From positions 256,660 through 320,659 of the forward strand of contig CAWAYP010000010.1 in the NCBI GenBank assembly GCA_963786375.1: a stretch of DNA of 64,000 nucleotides. Reading direction: 5' to 3'. The notes beneath the pieces are model-generated. The model was not told the DNA's origin. It made no database searches and saw only the letters and a list, made by a program, of their open reading frames with translations. Shown here piece by piece: positions 1 through 10,057 of this stretch; within the stretch, counting starts at the first letter, position 1; every line of letters begins with the position of its first letter. This DNA is from an uncultured Verrucomicrobiae bacterium. GTDB lineage: Bacteria > Verrucomicrobiota > Verrucomicrobiia > Limisphaerales > UBA11358. Made by a program: the position numbers and the translations under genes.

Positions 1-261
1 CTCGGCGACGGCAACGGCATTACCAAGAAAATCGGCGACATGCCGGCCGTGGCCAATTTGCATGACCAACGCATCGTGGAAATGACCGACGGCGAGATTT
101 TCAACACCGTCACCCACGGAAAGGGTTTGATGGCCGCGTACGGCCCGACGGTGACAGTCAGGGACCGCTGGGCCATCATCGCGTATTTGCGGGCCTTGCA
201 ACTGAGCTGGCTCGGTTCGACCAATGATTTGCCGCCGGACCTGCAAACTGCGCTGAAATAG
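1..261 (+). CDS. c-type cytochrome, C-terminal part (5' end outside window); fits the monohaem ActE subunit of alternative complex III
   Basis: Frame 1 is open from base 1 to TAG at 259-261. The tail HGKGLMAAYGPTVTVRDRWAIIAYLRALQ is a typical class-I cytochrome c Met-ligand region plus C-terminal helix. An ActF-like membrane protein follows after 5 nt. Confidence 0.6.
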   Translation, partial: LGDGNGITKKIGDMPAVANLHDQRIVEMTDGEIFNTVTHGKGLMAAYGPTVTVRDRWAIIAYLRALQLSWLGSTNDLPPDLQTALK

Positions 262-266
262 CGACC

Positions 267-1511
267 ATGAATTTGTCAAACGAACCCAACCAACCGCCGC
301 CGCTGGATTTGTCCGGGTGGCGGAAGCTGCCGTCCGGCTTGATGGTCGTCGGCGCGGTGCTCTCGGTGATTGGCTTGGTGAGCAACCGGGCGGAGTTCGG
401 TTATTCGTGGCTGCTGGCGTTCATGTTCTACCTGAGCATCGCGCTGGGCGGTTTGTTTCTGGTGATGATTCATCATTTGACCGATGCCGGCTGGTCGGTC
501 GCCACGCGGCGTTTCTGCGAACACATCGGCGCGCTGTTGTTTCCGTGGCTGGCGATTCTGTTCGTGCCGGTTTTGCTGCTCGCCCCGAAGATTTACACCT
601 GGATGACACTGAATCCGCAAAGCGACCGCGCCTTGAGCGCGAAGTTGCCGCTGTTCACCTGGCCGGGCTTTTGCGCGGTGTCGGTGATTTTGTTCGGCAT
701 TTGGTGGCTGCTTTCATCGCGGCTCCGGTACTGGTCGCTCAAGCAGGATGAAACCGGTGACGCGCATTGCACTCATCGGATGCGGTTCCATTCGGGGTGG
801 GGGATACTGGCCTTCGCGGGGACGGTGACGCTGGCGTCCATTCTGTGGATGAATTCGCTGCAATATCAATGGGACTCGACGATTTACGGCATGTATTTCT
901 TCGCCAGTTGCGCGTTTGTCGGGACGGCGACAACGTACCTGATCACGATGATCCTGCAACGGCAGGGCGTTTTGGCCGGCGTGCTGCGCGACAACCAGTT
1001 TTACTACCTCGGCACGCTCCTGTTCGCCTTCACGCTGTTTTATTCCTACGTCGGCTTCGCGCAATACTTCGTCATCTGGAACGGCAACATACCTGACGAG
1101 ACCTTCTGGTATCTCATCCGCGAGCGCGGCTCATGGTGGGGGCTGGACATGCTGATCATCTTCGGCCATTTCCTGCTGCCGTTCCTGGTGCTGCTGCCCA
1201 TCTGCGTGAAATCCAATTTCAAAATCATGTTGTGGGTCTGCCTGTGGTGCTGGGCGATGAACTTCGCGGACCTGGCCTTCAACATCCTGCCCGCACTGCA
1301 TCCGCACGCTTACCCGTTCAAATGGCTCTGGCTGCAATTCGGCTGCCTCGCGTTCATGGGCGGACTGCTGGGCCGGGTCTTTCTGAAGAATTTCAACGCG
1401 CACGCGCCGTTCCCGAAAAAAGACCCGCGCCGGCTTGAAGCCATGGGCGTCAAATATGAAACGCCCGAGGAAATTGCCGCGACGATGCCAACGCTGGGAG
1501 GCCGCCAATGA
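267..1511 (+). CDS. polytopic membrane subunit, ActF-like (NrfD-type quinol:cytochrome c oxidoreductase membrane subunit of alternative complex III)
   Basis: 414-aa ORF dominated by about 10 hydrophobic helices. It sits directly after the ActE-like cytochrome. Its stop overlaps the next start (ATGA at 1508-1511). Family call is from memory of ACIII operon order (actA-F), not searched. Confidence 0.55.
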   Translation: MNLSNEPNQPPPLDLSGWRKLPSGLMVVGAVLSVIGLVSNRAEFGYSWLLAFMFYLSIALGGLFLVMIHHLTDAGWSVATRRFCEHIGALLFPWLAILFVPVLLLAPKIYTWMTLNPQSDRALSAKLPLFTWPGFCAVSVILFGIWWLLSSRLRYWSLKQDETGDAHCTHRMRFHSGWGILAFAGTVTLASILWMNSLQYQWDSTIYGMYFFASCAFVGTATTYLITMILQRQGVLAGVLRDNQFYYLGTLLFAFTLFYSYVGFAQYFVIWNGNIPDETFWYLIRERGSWWGLDMLIIFGHFLLPFLVLLPICVKSNFKIMLWVCLWCWAMNFADLAFNILPALHPHAYPFKWLWLQFGCLAFMGGLLGRVFLKNFNAHAPFPKKDPRRLEAMGVKYETPEEIAATMPTLGGRQ

Positions 1512-1882
1512 ATCCGGAAACCACCAACGCGCGTCCGGTCTGGCACGTGGGCCTGGGCTTTCTGGTGGCGAGTTTCCTTTTTGCCGCTTTCGTGTTGGCG
1601 GTGAGACATTCTATGTCCGTGCCGGCGATTGACGCCGACCGTGGCGCCGTGTTCGCCAAGGACCTGGCGGAAATCCGCGCGACCGAGGCGCAGGACCTGA
1701 ACCATGCCGGCTGGATTGACCGGCAACGCGGCATGGTGCGCCTGCCGATTGCCGTGGCCATGAAAATGGCCGCGCAAGAATGGCGGAATCCCGCGGCGGC
1801 GCGTTCGGACCTGATTGCCCGCGAAGAAAAGGCAAGCGCGCCGGCACCCGCCGCGCCGCCCAAGGCAAACCCATTTGAATGA
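1508..1882 (+). CDS. small single-pass membrane protein, ACIII/oxidase-associated, function unknown
   Basis: 124-aa ORF with one N-terminal hydrophobic helix (VGLGFLVASFLFAAFVLAV). It overlaps both neighbours by 4 nt, which suggests translational coupling. Confidence 0.5.
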   Translation: MNPETTNARPVWHVGLGFLVASFLFAAFVLAVRHSMSVPAIDADRGAVFAKDLAEIRATEAQDLNHAGWIDRQRGMVRLPIAVAMKMAAQEWRNPAAARSDLIAREEKASAPAPAAPPKANPFE

Positions 1883-3417
1883 GCGTGAACGAAAAATTTG
1901 ACAGTGGAACATCTTCAGGTGGGGCGAGCGTCCCTGCAAGCCGGCTCGTCAGCAGCCTCGCCCCACCGGATGAAGTTTCTCCGGCGGAAATTGACCGTTC
2001 CTGCTGCGTGCCGCTGCTGGCGCTCTTTGGGGGCGCGGCGCTGTGGCTTGTCGTCGGCTCAGTGCTCGGCCTGCTCGCTTCGATCAAATTTCACGCGCCG
2101 GATTTCCTCGCGGATTGCGCTTGGCTGACCTACGGCCGGTTGCAACCGGCGGCGGACAACGCTCTGCTCTACGGCTTTTGCCTGCCCGCCGGTCTCGGCG
2201 TAACGTTGTGGCTGCTGGCGCGAATTGGCCAGACACCGCTGCGCGGGGCAATCGTTCCCGTGGTTGCGGCCAACCTCTGGCACCTCGGCGTGTTTGTCGG
2301 CCTGGCCGGCATTTTGATTGGCGACAACACGGGTTTCGCCTGGCTGGAATTTCTGCGCGGCGGTTCCGTGCCGGTTTTCTTCGCCTATCTGTTGCTGGCA
2401 TTGTGGGCGATGATGATTTTTGCCGGGCGGCGCGAACGCGGGTTGTATCCGTCGCAATGGTTTCTGGTCGCCGCGCTCTTTTGGTTTCCGTGGATTTACT
2501 CGACGGCCAATCTGTTTCTGGTCGCCTGGCCGGTGCGCGGCGTCGCGCAGGCCGTCATCGGCTGGTGGTTCGCCGATAATCTGCTCGTCGTCTGGACGGG
2601 GCTGGTGGGGCTGGGCGCGGCATTTTATTTTCTGCCCAAACTGAGCGGGCGGCCGTTGCAAAGCCATTACCTTGCGCTGTTCGCGTTCTGGACGTTCATT
2701 TTATTCGCCACCTGGTGCGGCATCCCGCCGGGCGCGCCGGTGCCCGCCTGGATGCCAACGTTGAGCGCCGCCGCCACCGCTTTGCTGGCTGTGCCATTGC
2801 TGGTCATTGAGCTGGTCGGGTGGCGGACGGTTTGGGGTTCGGTAAAGTCCAAATGGGACAACGGCCCGTTTTGCTTCATCGGCTCCGGCGTGGATTGTTT
2901 CTTGCTTTCCGGCCTGATGCTGATGGCGATGGCCTGTCCGAAAATCAGTCCGGTGACCCAATTCACCTGGTTCGGCCCGGCGGAAACGCAATTGCGCCTG
3001 TACGGCTTCTTCGCCATGACGATGTTCGGCGCGGCCTATTACATGCTGCCGCGGGTCGTTGGCATTGAATTTCCCTTTCCCAAACTCATGCGCGTGCATT
3101 TCTGGGTTTCAATGTCCGGCATCGCGTTGCTGGTTGTGCCACTGGCCATCGGCGGCTTCATACAAGGTGTGAAACTGCAAAATCCCAACATCGCGTTTGC
3201 CGACACCACGAAGGCCATGCTGCCGTTCCTGCGCGTCAGCACCACCGGCCTGCTGCTCATGCTGTTGGGCAACCTGCTGTTTTTTGTGAACGTCATGGGA
3301 TTGACGTTTCTTTGGAAGATCGCGCTGCTCAAAAAATTCATCACGTTTGTGAAATCGCCGCTGGAAACAACGTCCGCCTCCGCTTCACTGGGGCGCGACG
3401 GGGAGGTGCGGGCATGA
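1879..3417 (+). CDS. cbb3-type cytochrome oxidase subunit I (CcoN)-like membrane protein lacking the canonical haem/Cu histidine ligands
   Basis: 512 aa, about 12 hydrophobic helices. CcoN-like motifs are present (GRLQP..DNALLYGF, GWWFADNLL, AFYFLPKLSGRPL). The whole protein has only 4 His, and none falls at a ligand position in my motif alignment. Confidence 0.65.
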   Translation: MSVNEKFDSGTSSGGASVPASRLVSSLAPPDEVSPAEIDRSCCVPLLALFGGAALWLVVGSVLGLLASIKFHAPDFLADCAWLTYGRLQPAADNALLYGFCLPAGLGVTLWLLARIGQTPLRGAIVPVVAANLWHLGVFVGLAGILIGDNTGFAWLEFLRGGSVPVFFAYLLLALWAMMIFAGRRERGLYPSQWFLVAALFWFPWIYSTANLFLVAWPVRGVAQAVIGWWFADNLLVVWTGLVGLGAAFYFLPKLSGRPLQSHYLALFAFWTFILFATWCGIPPGAPVPAWMPTLSAAATALLAVPLLVIELVGWRTVWGSVKSKWDNGPFCFIGSGVDCFLLSGLMLMAMACPKISPVTQFTWFGPAETQLRLYGFFAMTMFGAAYYMLPRVVGIEFPFPKLMRVHFWVSMSGIALLVVPLAIGGFIQGVKLQNPNIAFADTTKAMLPFLRVSTTGLLLMLLGNLLFFVNVMGLTFLWKIALLKKFITFVKSPLETTSASASLGRDGEVRA

Positions 3418-4217
3418 AAAACGGTTTTGTGGTTTTCCTCACCTCGTTGGTCGTGCTCGGCGGTTCGTGGTGCGGTTTGGTGCTCGCGCCGACGTTGCAG
3501 CTGGGCGGCGAGAAACAATCCACCATTCTCAATTCATCCGATTTGTACCCGGTTGGCCGGCCCGGCCAGGCGAACCAGGGGTTGCAGGTTTACCGCGCCA
3601 ACGGCTGCGCCGCCTGCCACACCGAGCAGGTTCAACAAAGCGGCGTTGCGTGCGACGTGGTGCTGACCAGCGCCGGCAAAAATCCGGCGGCGGCAACTAA
3701 TGCGATGGCATCCCTGAAATTAAGCGGACTCGACAAGACAGCCGCCGATGATGCCGTGGATAAAATCACCGCCGCCGGCGGCAAGGCCGAAATCCACATC
3801 CTTGCCACCGGCCCGGACATTACGCGCGGCTGGGGCCGGCGGCACAGTGTGGCCGAGGATTTTCTTTACGACGACCCGGTGCAACTCGGCAGCATTCGCA
3901 TCGGACCGGACCTGGCGGACGTGGGCGCGCGGTCGCCGGACGCCAACTGGCAGTTGCTTCACCTTTACGCGCCGCAAAGCGTCGTGAAAGGTTCGGCCAT
4001 GCCGCCGTTCCGCTACCTGTTTCGCGTCCAAAAAATCGGCCGTGGACCTTCGCCGGACGCGTTGAATTTGCCGAAGGGATTTGCGCCGCCGCCCGGCTAT
4101 GAAGTCGTGCCGACGGCGCGGGCGCGCGAACTCGCGGCCTATTTGTTGAGCCTGCACACGGATGTGCCTTTGCACGACGCGCCTTTCACCCAGCCGATTG
4201 TCGTTTCCAAACCATGA
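3414..4217 (+). CDS. cbb3-type cytochrome oxidase subunit II (CcoO)-like monohaem cytochrome c with an internal insertion
   Basis: The start ATG at 3414 overlaps the upstream stop. There is an N-terminal membrane anchor and a CAACH haem motif. The CcoO signature region FLYDDPVQLGSIRIGPDLADVG....WQLLHLYAPQSVVKGSAMPPFRYLF is present. About 65 extra residues lie between the haem motif and the GWGRRHS block. Confidence 0.75.
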   Translation: MKNGFVVFLTSLVVLGGSWCGLVLAPTLQLGGEKQSTILNSSDLYPVGRPGQANQGLQVYRANGCAACHTEQVQQSGVACDVVLTSAGKNPAAATNAMASLKLSGLDKTAADDAVDKITAAGGKAEIHILATGPDITRGWGRRHSVAEDFLYDDPVQLGSIRIGPDLADVGARSPDANWQLLHLYAPQSVVKGSAMPPFRYLFRVQKIGRGPSPDALNLPKGFAPPPGYEVVPTARARELAAYLLSLHTDVPLHDAPFTQPIVVSKP

Positions 4218-4822
4218 GTGACGAATTGAAATCCAAGGCGCTCCAAAAGCCTGACACCGAACCGGCCGTCTCGCGTTCGACGGTGCCGATGTGGATTATT
4301 GTGCTGACGCTCGTGCTTTTGTTCCTGGGCATGGTCTATTTTGATCATCACAGCGGCTGGTTCAATTCCCAGGTTTACGCCCCTTACGCCTCCGCTGAGG
4401 AACTGGAATCGTATCAGCCGAGATCCGGCGAGGCGGCCATGCTGGCGCACGGCAAGGCGCGTTACGATCAGGTTTGCGGCCTGTGCCACGGCCTCAACGG
4501 CGAGGGCAAGCCTGGTCAGGCGCCGCCGCTGGCCGGTTCCGAATGGGTCAACACCAAGGGCTTCCAGCGTCTGGCGCACATTCCGTTGGAAGGTCTCAAC
4601 GGCCAACTTTCCGTGAAAGGACAAACCTGGTCCCTTGCCATGCCGCCGATGGGCGCGGCCATGTCCGACGCCGATCTAGCCGACGTGTTGACGTACATCC
4701 GCAGTTCATGGGGCAACCAAGGCGGCCCGGTGACCGCCGCCGGCGTGAAGGCCATCCGCGACCAAATCGGCTCGCATCCGCAGATGTTGAGCGGCGAGGA
4801 ATTGAAGGAAATGCCGGAGTAA
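4214..4822 (+). CDS. membrane-anchored monohaem c-type cytochrome (CcoP-like partner)
   Basis: The start overlaps the upstream stop (ATGA). One TM helix (MWIIVLTLVLLFLGMVYF), a CGLCHG haem motif, and a distal MPPMG Met-ligand region. Confidence 0.75.
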   Translation: MSDELKSKALQKPDTEPAVSRSTVPMWIIVLTLVLLFLGMVYFDHHSGWFNSQVYAPYASAEELESYQPRSGEAAMLAHGKARYDQVCGLCHGLNGEGKPGQAPPLAGSEWVNTKGFQRLAHIPLEGLNGQLSVKGQTWSLAMPPMGAAMSDADLADVLTYIRSSWGNQGGPVTAAGVKAIRDQIGSHPQMLSGEELKEMPE

Positions 4823-4946
4823 AATAAATTGCGATGGCGGGTTCCCTGGATCTGAAATAAATCAGCCTGGCTTCGCGCCCAAGCTGTTTGCGCACGGCCA
4901 CCAATGCATCGGCACGCTGGTATCGAGTGGGATCCCGCAATGCGGG

Positions 4947-5156
4947 ATGAATTACGCGGTCAAGAGCAGGGAGGGACGGCATGTTGCCGTCCCCAATTTC
5001 AGGGACACCGACACGGCGTCCCTCCCATTCCTCGAATTGGTGCCGGACGTTTCGGCCAAACTCAAAGCGCCGAAGTCTTTGCAGACGGCCACCCCGAAGT
5101 TTGAGGATGTGGTAAAATCGGCACAGGATGCGGCGGTTTTGGTGTTGGTGTATTGA
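4947..5156 (+). pseudogene. C-terminal remnant of an S1 (trypsin-like) peptidase paralogous to the gene at 33462-34523
   Basis: The product starts MNYAVKS and ends KFEDVVKSAQDAAVLVLVY. This mirrors VNYAIKSS...RFEDVVQAAQDAVVLVLVK at the C-terminus of the intact protease. No catalytic domain lies upstream. Confidence 0.35.
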
Positions 5157-5311
5157 ATGAGGAAGGCAGGAAACAAGGAAACGATTTTTCCTGATTTCAT
5201 GTGTTCCCTATCAAATCCAAAGGCGGCGGTGCTGGTGCTGGTCAGACTGAAGAACCACTGTGGCAGAATGAAGCGAAATATCCAAACACCGGCCTCGCGA
5301 CTTTGGTTTGA

Positions 5312-6094
<783 letters not shown>

Positions 6095-6177
6095 CTCAGC
6101 GTCTGACAGGCGAACAACCGGCGGTCATCGGGATTTCCCGGATTGCAATTTCCCCGAAATGGGCGGATTGATGTTGT

Positions 6178-6819
6178 ATGAGATTCGCCTCCCGCCAGGA
6201 TGCGGGGCGTCAGTTGGGACAGCGCCTCGAGCAACAGGGTACGGGAGTGGACTTGGTCCTGGGGTTGCCGCGCGGCGGTGTGGTGGTGGCCGCCGAGGTG
6301 GCGCGCCGGTTGCAACGGCCGCTCGACGTGCTGGTGGTCCGCAAGATTGGGCATCCGTGGCATCGTGAATTTGCCGTGGGGGCGCTGGCCGAGCCGGATG
6401 TGGTCATTTTTGACGAGGCGACCCTGGCGGAGGTTCCCGCGCCGCGCGGTCAACTGGACAAAGTGGTCGCGGAGGAAATGGCCCGCCTGCGCGAGTACCG
6501 TTCCCGCTTTCACAGTTCTGATTCGCCATTGCTTCAGGACAAGAGTGTGTTGCTGGTGGACGACGGTCTGGCGACGGGCGCGACCGCCGAGGCCGCGGTG
6601 CTCTCCGCCAAACGGCAGGGCGCGCGGCGGGTGACGATGGCCGCGCCGGTGGCTTCGACGAGTGCCGTCGAGCGGTTGCGCCGCACGGCGGATGAGGTGG
6701 TGTTGTTGGTCGTAGATCCCGGTTTCGACGCGGTCGGCCAGTACTATGATGAATTTTCCCAAACGAGTGATGAAGAGGTCATCGCCCTGTTGCACACCGC
6801 CGTGCCGCCGAGTGAATGA
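6178..6819 (+). CDS. phosphoribosyltransferase-domain protein
   Basis: 213 aa with LVLGLPRGGVVVAAEVA and the PRPP-binding loop VLLVDDGLATGATAEAA. Confidence 0.75.
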   Translation: MRFASRQDAGRQLGQRLEQQGTGVDLVLGLPRGGVVVAAEVARRLQRPLDVLVVRKIGHPWHREFAVGALAEPDVVIFDEATLAEVPAPRGQLDKVVAEEMARLREYRSRFHSSDSPLLQDKSVLLVDDGLATGATAEAAVLSAKRQGARRVTMAAPVASTSAVERLRRTADEVVLLVVDPGFDAVGQYYDEFSQTSDEEVIALLHTAVPPSE

Positions 6820-6848
6820 ACCGGGCGCCGGCCTTTTGCAAAGTCCAA

Positions 6849-7706
6849 ATGCCTGAACTTCCCGAAGTTGAAGTGCTCGCGCGGCATCTGCGCCCGTTGC
6901 TGCGCGGCAAAACCATCCGCGGCGTGAACGTGCGGCGCGCAGAGGTACTGTCCCCGACTTCCCTGCGAAAATTCCGCCAGACTTTGCCGGGCGCGAAATT
7001 CACTGGTTTGTCGCGGCGCGGCAAGTACCTGCTGTTTCAACTCAAAGGCAGAATCCCTGGTGAGCGGGTGACGTTGCTTGGACACCTGGGCATGACGGGA
7101 CGGATGTTTCTCGCCGGCAAGGCCGGGCGTCTGCCGGCTCATGCGGCGGTGGTTTTTGATTTGGGCGGAGAAAATTTCATCTACGAAGACACGCGCTATT
7201 TTGGCCGCCTGACGCTGGATGTTTCGGCGGTCGAGAAATTGGGGCCGGAACCGTTGAGCGGGGACTTTCAACCAGCGGCGTTTGCGCGGGCGTTGAAACG
7301 TTCCCGGCAGGCAATCAAAATCAAATTGCTGGACCAAACGCTCGTGGCCGGCATTGGGAACATCTACGCCAGTGAAGCGTTGTTTTGCGCGCGGCTTTCG
7401 CCGAAGCGGGCGGCGAACCAATTGACGTCCGGCCAAATCAGCCGGCTTTGGCGCGCAATTTGCAAGGTCCTGACCGAAGCCATACGCTGCGGCAGCACCG
7501 TGCCGTTGAATTTTGCCGGTGGCAAATCGGACGGACTTTTTTATTTTGGCCGCGCGCCGGGCGCGCCAGATTTTTACGACGAGCGACTGCGGGTTTACGA
7601 CCGGGAAGGGCAGCCCTGCCCGAATTGCGGCCGGCCGATCAAGCGCCTGGTGCAGGGCGCGCGAAGCACATTTTATTGCCGGCATTGCCAGGAGGGCGAT
7701 GAATGA
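6849..7706 (+). CDS. mutM: formamidopyrimidine-DNA glycosylase (Fpg/MutM)
   Basis: Begins MPELPEVE (catalytic N-terminal Pro after Met removal). H2TH block LLDQTLVAGIGNIYASEALF. C-terminal zinc finger CPNCGRPI....YCRHCQ. I chose the start at the MPELPEV Met rather than the upstream ORF start at 6816. Confidence 0.9.
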   Translation: MPELPEVEVLARHLRPLLRGKTIRGVNVRRAEVLSPTSLRKFRQTLPGAKFTGLSRRGKYLLFQLKGRIPGERVTLLGHLGMTGRMFLAGKAGRLPAHAAVVFDLGGENFIYEDTRYFGRLTLDVSAVEKLGPEPLSGDFQPAAFARALKRSRQAIKIKLLDQTLVAGIGNIYASEALFCARLSPKRAANQLTSGQISRLWRAICKVLTEAIRCGSTVPLNFAGGKSDGLFYFGRAPGAPDFYDERLRVYDREGQPCPNCGRPIKRLVQGARSTFYCRHCQEGDE

Positions 7707-7753
7707 AATTGACGCTGCGCGACATGGCCTGTAAATTGCGCTCCCATTTACGT

Positions 7754-7828
7754 TCCAGAGTAGCTCAATGGTAGAGCAATCGGCTGTTAACCGATGGGTT
7801 GCAGGTTCGAGCCCTGCCTCTGGAGCCA
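7754..7828 (+). tRNA. tRNA-Asn (anticodon GTT) with encoded CCA
   Basis: Hand-folded cloverleaf. Acceptor stem TCCAGAG/CTCTGGA, D arm GCTC-AATGGTA-GAGC, anticodon arm ATCGG-CTGTTAA-CCGAT (GTT). The variable loop is GGGTT, the T arm is GCAGG-TTCGAGC-CCTGC, the discriminator is G, then CCA. Confidence 0.9.
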
Positions 7829-7830
7829 AT
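7808..7830 (+). repeat. attL-side 23-bp direct repeat (3' end of tRNA-Asn)
   Basis: Perfect match to 23974-23996. Confidence 0.85.
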
Positions 7831-7884
7831 AAACCCAAGGAAATCGAGGTTTTTGGCGGTTCTGACACAGCCCTGACACAACAA

Positions 7885-9198
7885 GTGGCTGAAACCGAAG
7901 ATGCGAAAGTGAAATATCCCAAGCGCATCAAATACCGTGGCAAAGTTCTCGCCACGATCTACGGCAAGTGCAAAGGGCGCCATTCTTACCGCGTGGCTTG
8001 GCACGTGGCGGGCCAGCGGCGCATGGCGTCTTTCCCATCCTATTCGCTGGCCAAAGGTCACGCTGACGCTCTGGTGAAGGATTTGGCTAAAGGATCACAA
8101 GTCACCGCGCTAAATCCCGCACAGGCCCGCGGTGCGTTGGCCGCGCTGGAACGGCTCGCCGACTTCTATCGCGCCACGGGCCGCCGGGTTTCCCTCCTGG
8201 CGGGCATTTCCGAATTTGTTGAGGCATCCACGAAGTTGAACGGGCGCACTTTGGGCGAAGCGGTCACGGGTTACTTGCACACAGTCGCCACTGTAAAACG
8301 CAAAGACATCGGTGAAGCAGTCGCGGAATTTTTGCAGGCCGATGCCCCACGCACAAAAGCCAACAATGGTCAGCGGGCGCAACTTTCGGCCAAGTATGCC
8401 TACAACCGGAAAATCCAGCTCGACAAATTCGCTGCCACGTTCCCGAACACTGCCGTCAGCGAATTGAGCAAGGAGCATGTGGATAAATTTCTCGGCTCGC
8501 TGGAGGATTTCTCGGCGAAGTCGCGCAACCACTATCGCGCCGCCGTCCGGCAATTCCTGCAATGGGCTGTCCGCAAGGATTATCTTGCCCCAACTCACCG
8601 CCTTCTGGAAGCCGACGCCATGCGACCGGAGCGGGCAAACACCGCTGAAATCGCCTTTTACACGCCGCGCGAGTTTGGCGCATTGCTTGAAGCCGCCGAC
8701 GCGAGCCTGCGCCCGATGATCGCCATTGGCGGGTTGGCCGGACTGCGCACGGAAGAACTGTTGCGGCTGGCTTGGGGGGATGTCTGGCGCGTGCCGGGAC
8801 ACATTGAAATCACGGCGGGCAAGGCCAAGACTCGTCAACGGCGGCTCGTTGAGATTTGCTCGGCGTTGCAGACGTGGCTTGAACCCTACCGCGAGCACAA
8901 GACGGGCAAACTCTGGACGCGCAATCCGAATGGTTTCCATATTGAAATGCCTGCGCTGTGCAAGCGGGTGGGGATTGACCGCAAGGCTAACGGGCTGCGC
9001 CACGCTTTTTGCACATATCACTTCGCTTTGCATGCCAACGAAAATTTGACTGCGGCGCAAGGGGGCAACTCGCCGGCCATGATTCATGCGCACTACAAAG
9101 GCTTGGCCACAAAGAAGGAGGCCGAGCAGTGGTTCAACGTGCGTCCCGCAAAATCTGCTGCGAACGTTGTTCCCTTTCCGAAACAAGCGGGCGCATGA
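7885..9198 (+). CDS. tyrosine-type site-specific integrase of the island
   Basis: The ORF is open from inside the tRNA. The first plausible start is GTG at 7885 (alternative GTG at 7909). The catalytic region contains GLAGLRTEELLRLAWGDV (Arg), LRHAFCTYHFALH (His-x-x-Arg region) and AMIHAHYKG (His...Tyr). Confidence 0.85.
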   Translation: MAETEDAKVKYPKRIKYRGKVLATIYGKCKGRHSYRVAWHVAGQRRMASFPSYSLAKGHADALVKDLAKGSQVTALNPAQARGALAALERLADFYRATGRRVSLLAGISEFVEASTKLNGRTLGEAVTGYLHTVATVKRKDIGEAVAEFLQADAPRTKANNGQRAQLSAKYAYNRKIQLDKFAATFPNTAVSELSKEHVDKFLGSLEDFSAKSRNHYRAAVRQFLQWAVRKDYLAPTHRLLEADAMRPERANTAEIAFYTPREFGALLEAADASLRPMIAIGGLAGLRTEELLRLAWGDVWRVPGHIEITAGKAKTRQRRLVEICSALQTWLEPYREHKTGKLWTRNPNGFHIEMPALCKRVGIDRKANGLRHAFCTYHFALHANENLTAAQGGNSPAMIHAHYKGLATKKEAEQWFNVRPAKSAANVVPFPKQAGA

Positions 9199-9785
9199 AT
9201 AATCCAGTCGAACTCCGATTCCACGCCTGGCACAAGGATGAACAGGTGTTCACACTTCACGGTTGGCGAGCGCGCGAAGGATTGGCTTTTGCGATGGATT
9301 CGGAAGGGCAGCGGCATGTCCTGCGTTTCATGCCACTCACGGGCACGGGTGGAGATGAAGCTTGGCATCCCCCGCCGTTCCCGGAGGAGTTGCCGACCAA
9401 AATCGAGGAGATTCGATTGGTCCCGCCCCCCTGCCGAGCCAATGCAACCGAGGCTGAATGGCTCAGGAAAGAATCCGCCGCGAAGAAACCGCGTAGCGGT
9501 ATCGAACCGATGCAGGTTTCTCATCACCTTGCTGCGCAGCCGTGGGAACTCGCCCGACTCTGCTACGACCGTGAAGTTCTAACGCCGCAATCGGAGGACG
9601 ATGGCCCGATGACGACCCGGCTGGATGAATTCAGGATACAAGTGCAAGGAGAATATGAAGCCCGCAGGATGGAAATGGCGACGCTGATCAGTCTGCTGGA
9701 CGAGGGCCAGCCCACCGTTGGTGTTGCGCGCTGCCGAACCGTGACGAAAATCAACAGTTCAAGGACGCCAGGGTATAGGGCATAG
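9195..9785 (+). CDS. hypothetical protein, translationally coupled to the integrase
   Basis: The ATG at 9195 overlaps the integrase stop (ATGA). 196 aa with no motif I recognise. Confidence 0.45.
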   Translation: MNNPVELRFHAWHKDEQVFTLHGWRAREGLAFAMDSEGQRHVLRFMPLTGTGGDEAWHPPPFPEELPTKIEEIRLVPPPCRANATEAEWLRKESAAKKPRSGIEPMQVSHHLAAQPWELARLCYDREVLTPQSEDDGPMTTRLDEFRIQVQGEYEARRMEMATLISLLDEGQPTVGVARCRTVTKINSSRTPGYRA

Positions 9786-9939
9786 CCTCTAGCGCCGTCA
9801 CGAACCTACAGAGCCAGAAAATGTAGGTGGATTCGGTGGAAAGGGCCTTGTGCTGGCGACGGAGCACACAGCGTAGTTGTTCGATGGCTAGGTCTCGTTT
9901 CATAAATGAATCGAGAGCCTGACAGAAGCCCTTGGACAA
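9751..9939 (-). pseudogene. intI: N-terminal fragment of an integron integrase (IntI-like), truncated after about 55 codons
   Basis: The segment AIEQLRCVLRRQHKALSTESTYIFWLCRFV matches the IntI N-terminal SAM-like pattern ([29 protein letters not shown] in IntI1). It is oriented divergently from the attI/cassette array, as in integrons. Confidence 0.4.
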
Positions 9940-10057
9940 ATGCGGTCCAATGGACTGAAATTAAACGAACCATTGGTTCGTTTATTCAAAATGGGTGTGT
10001 TGAATATGAACAGGTTAGAAGATTTGAACTTGCCTTTAACGATTTTTGTGATAAATG

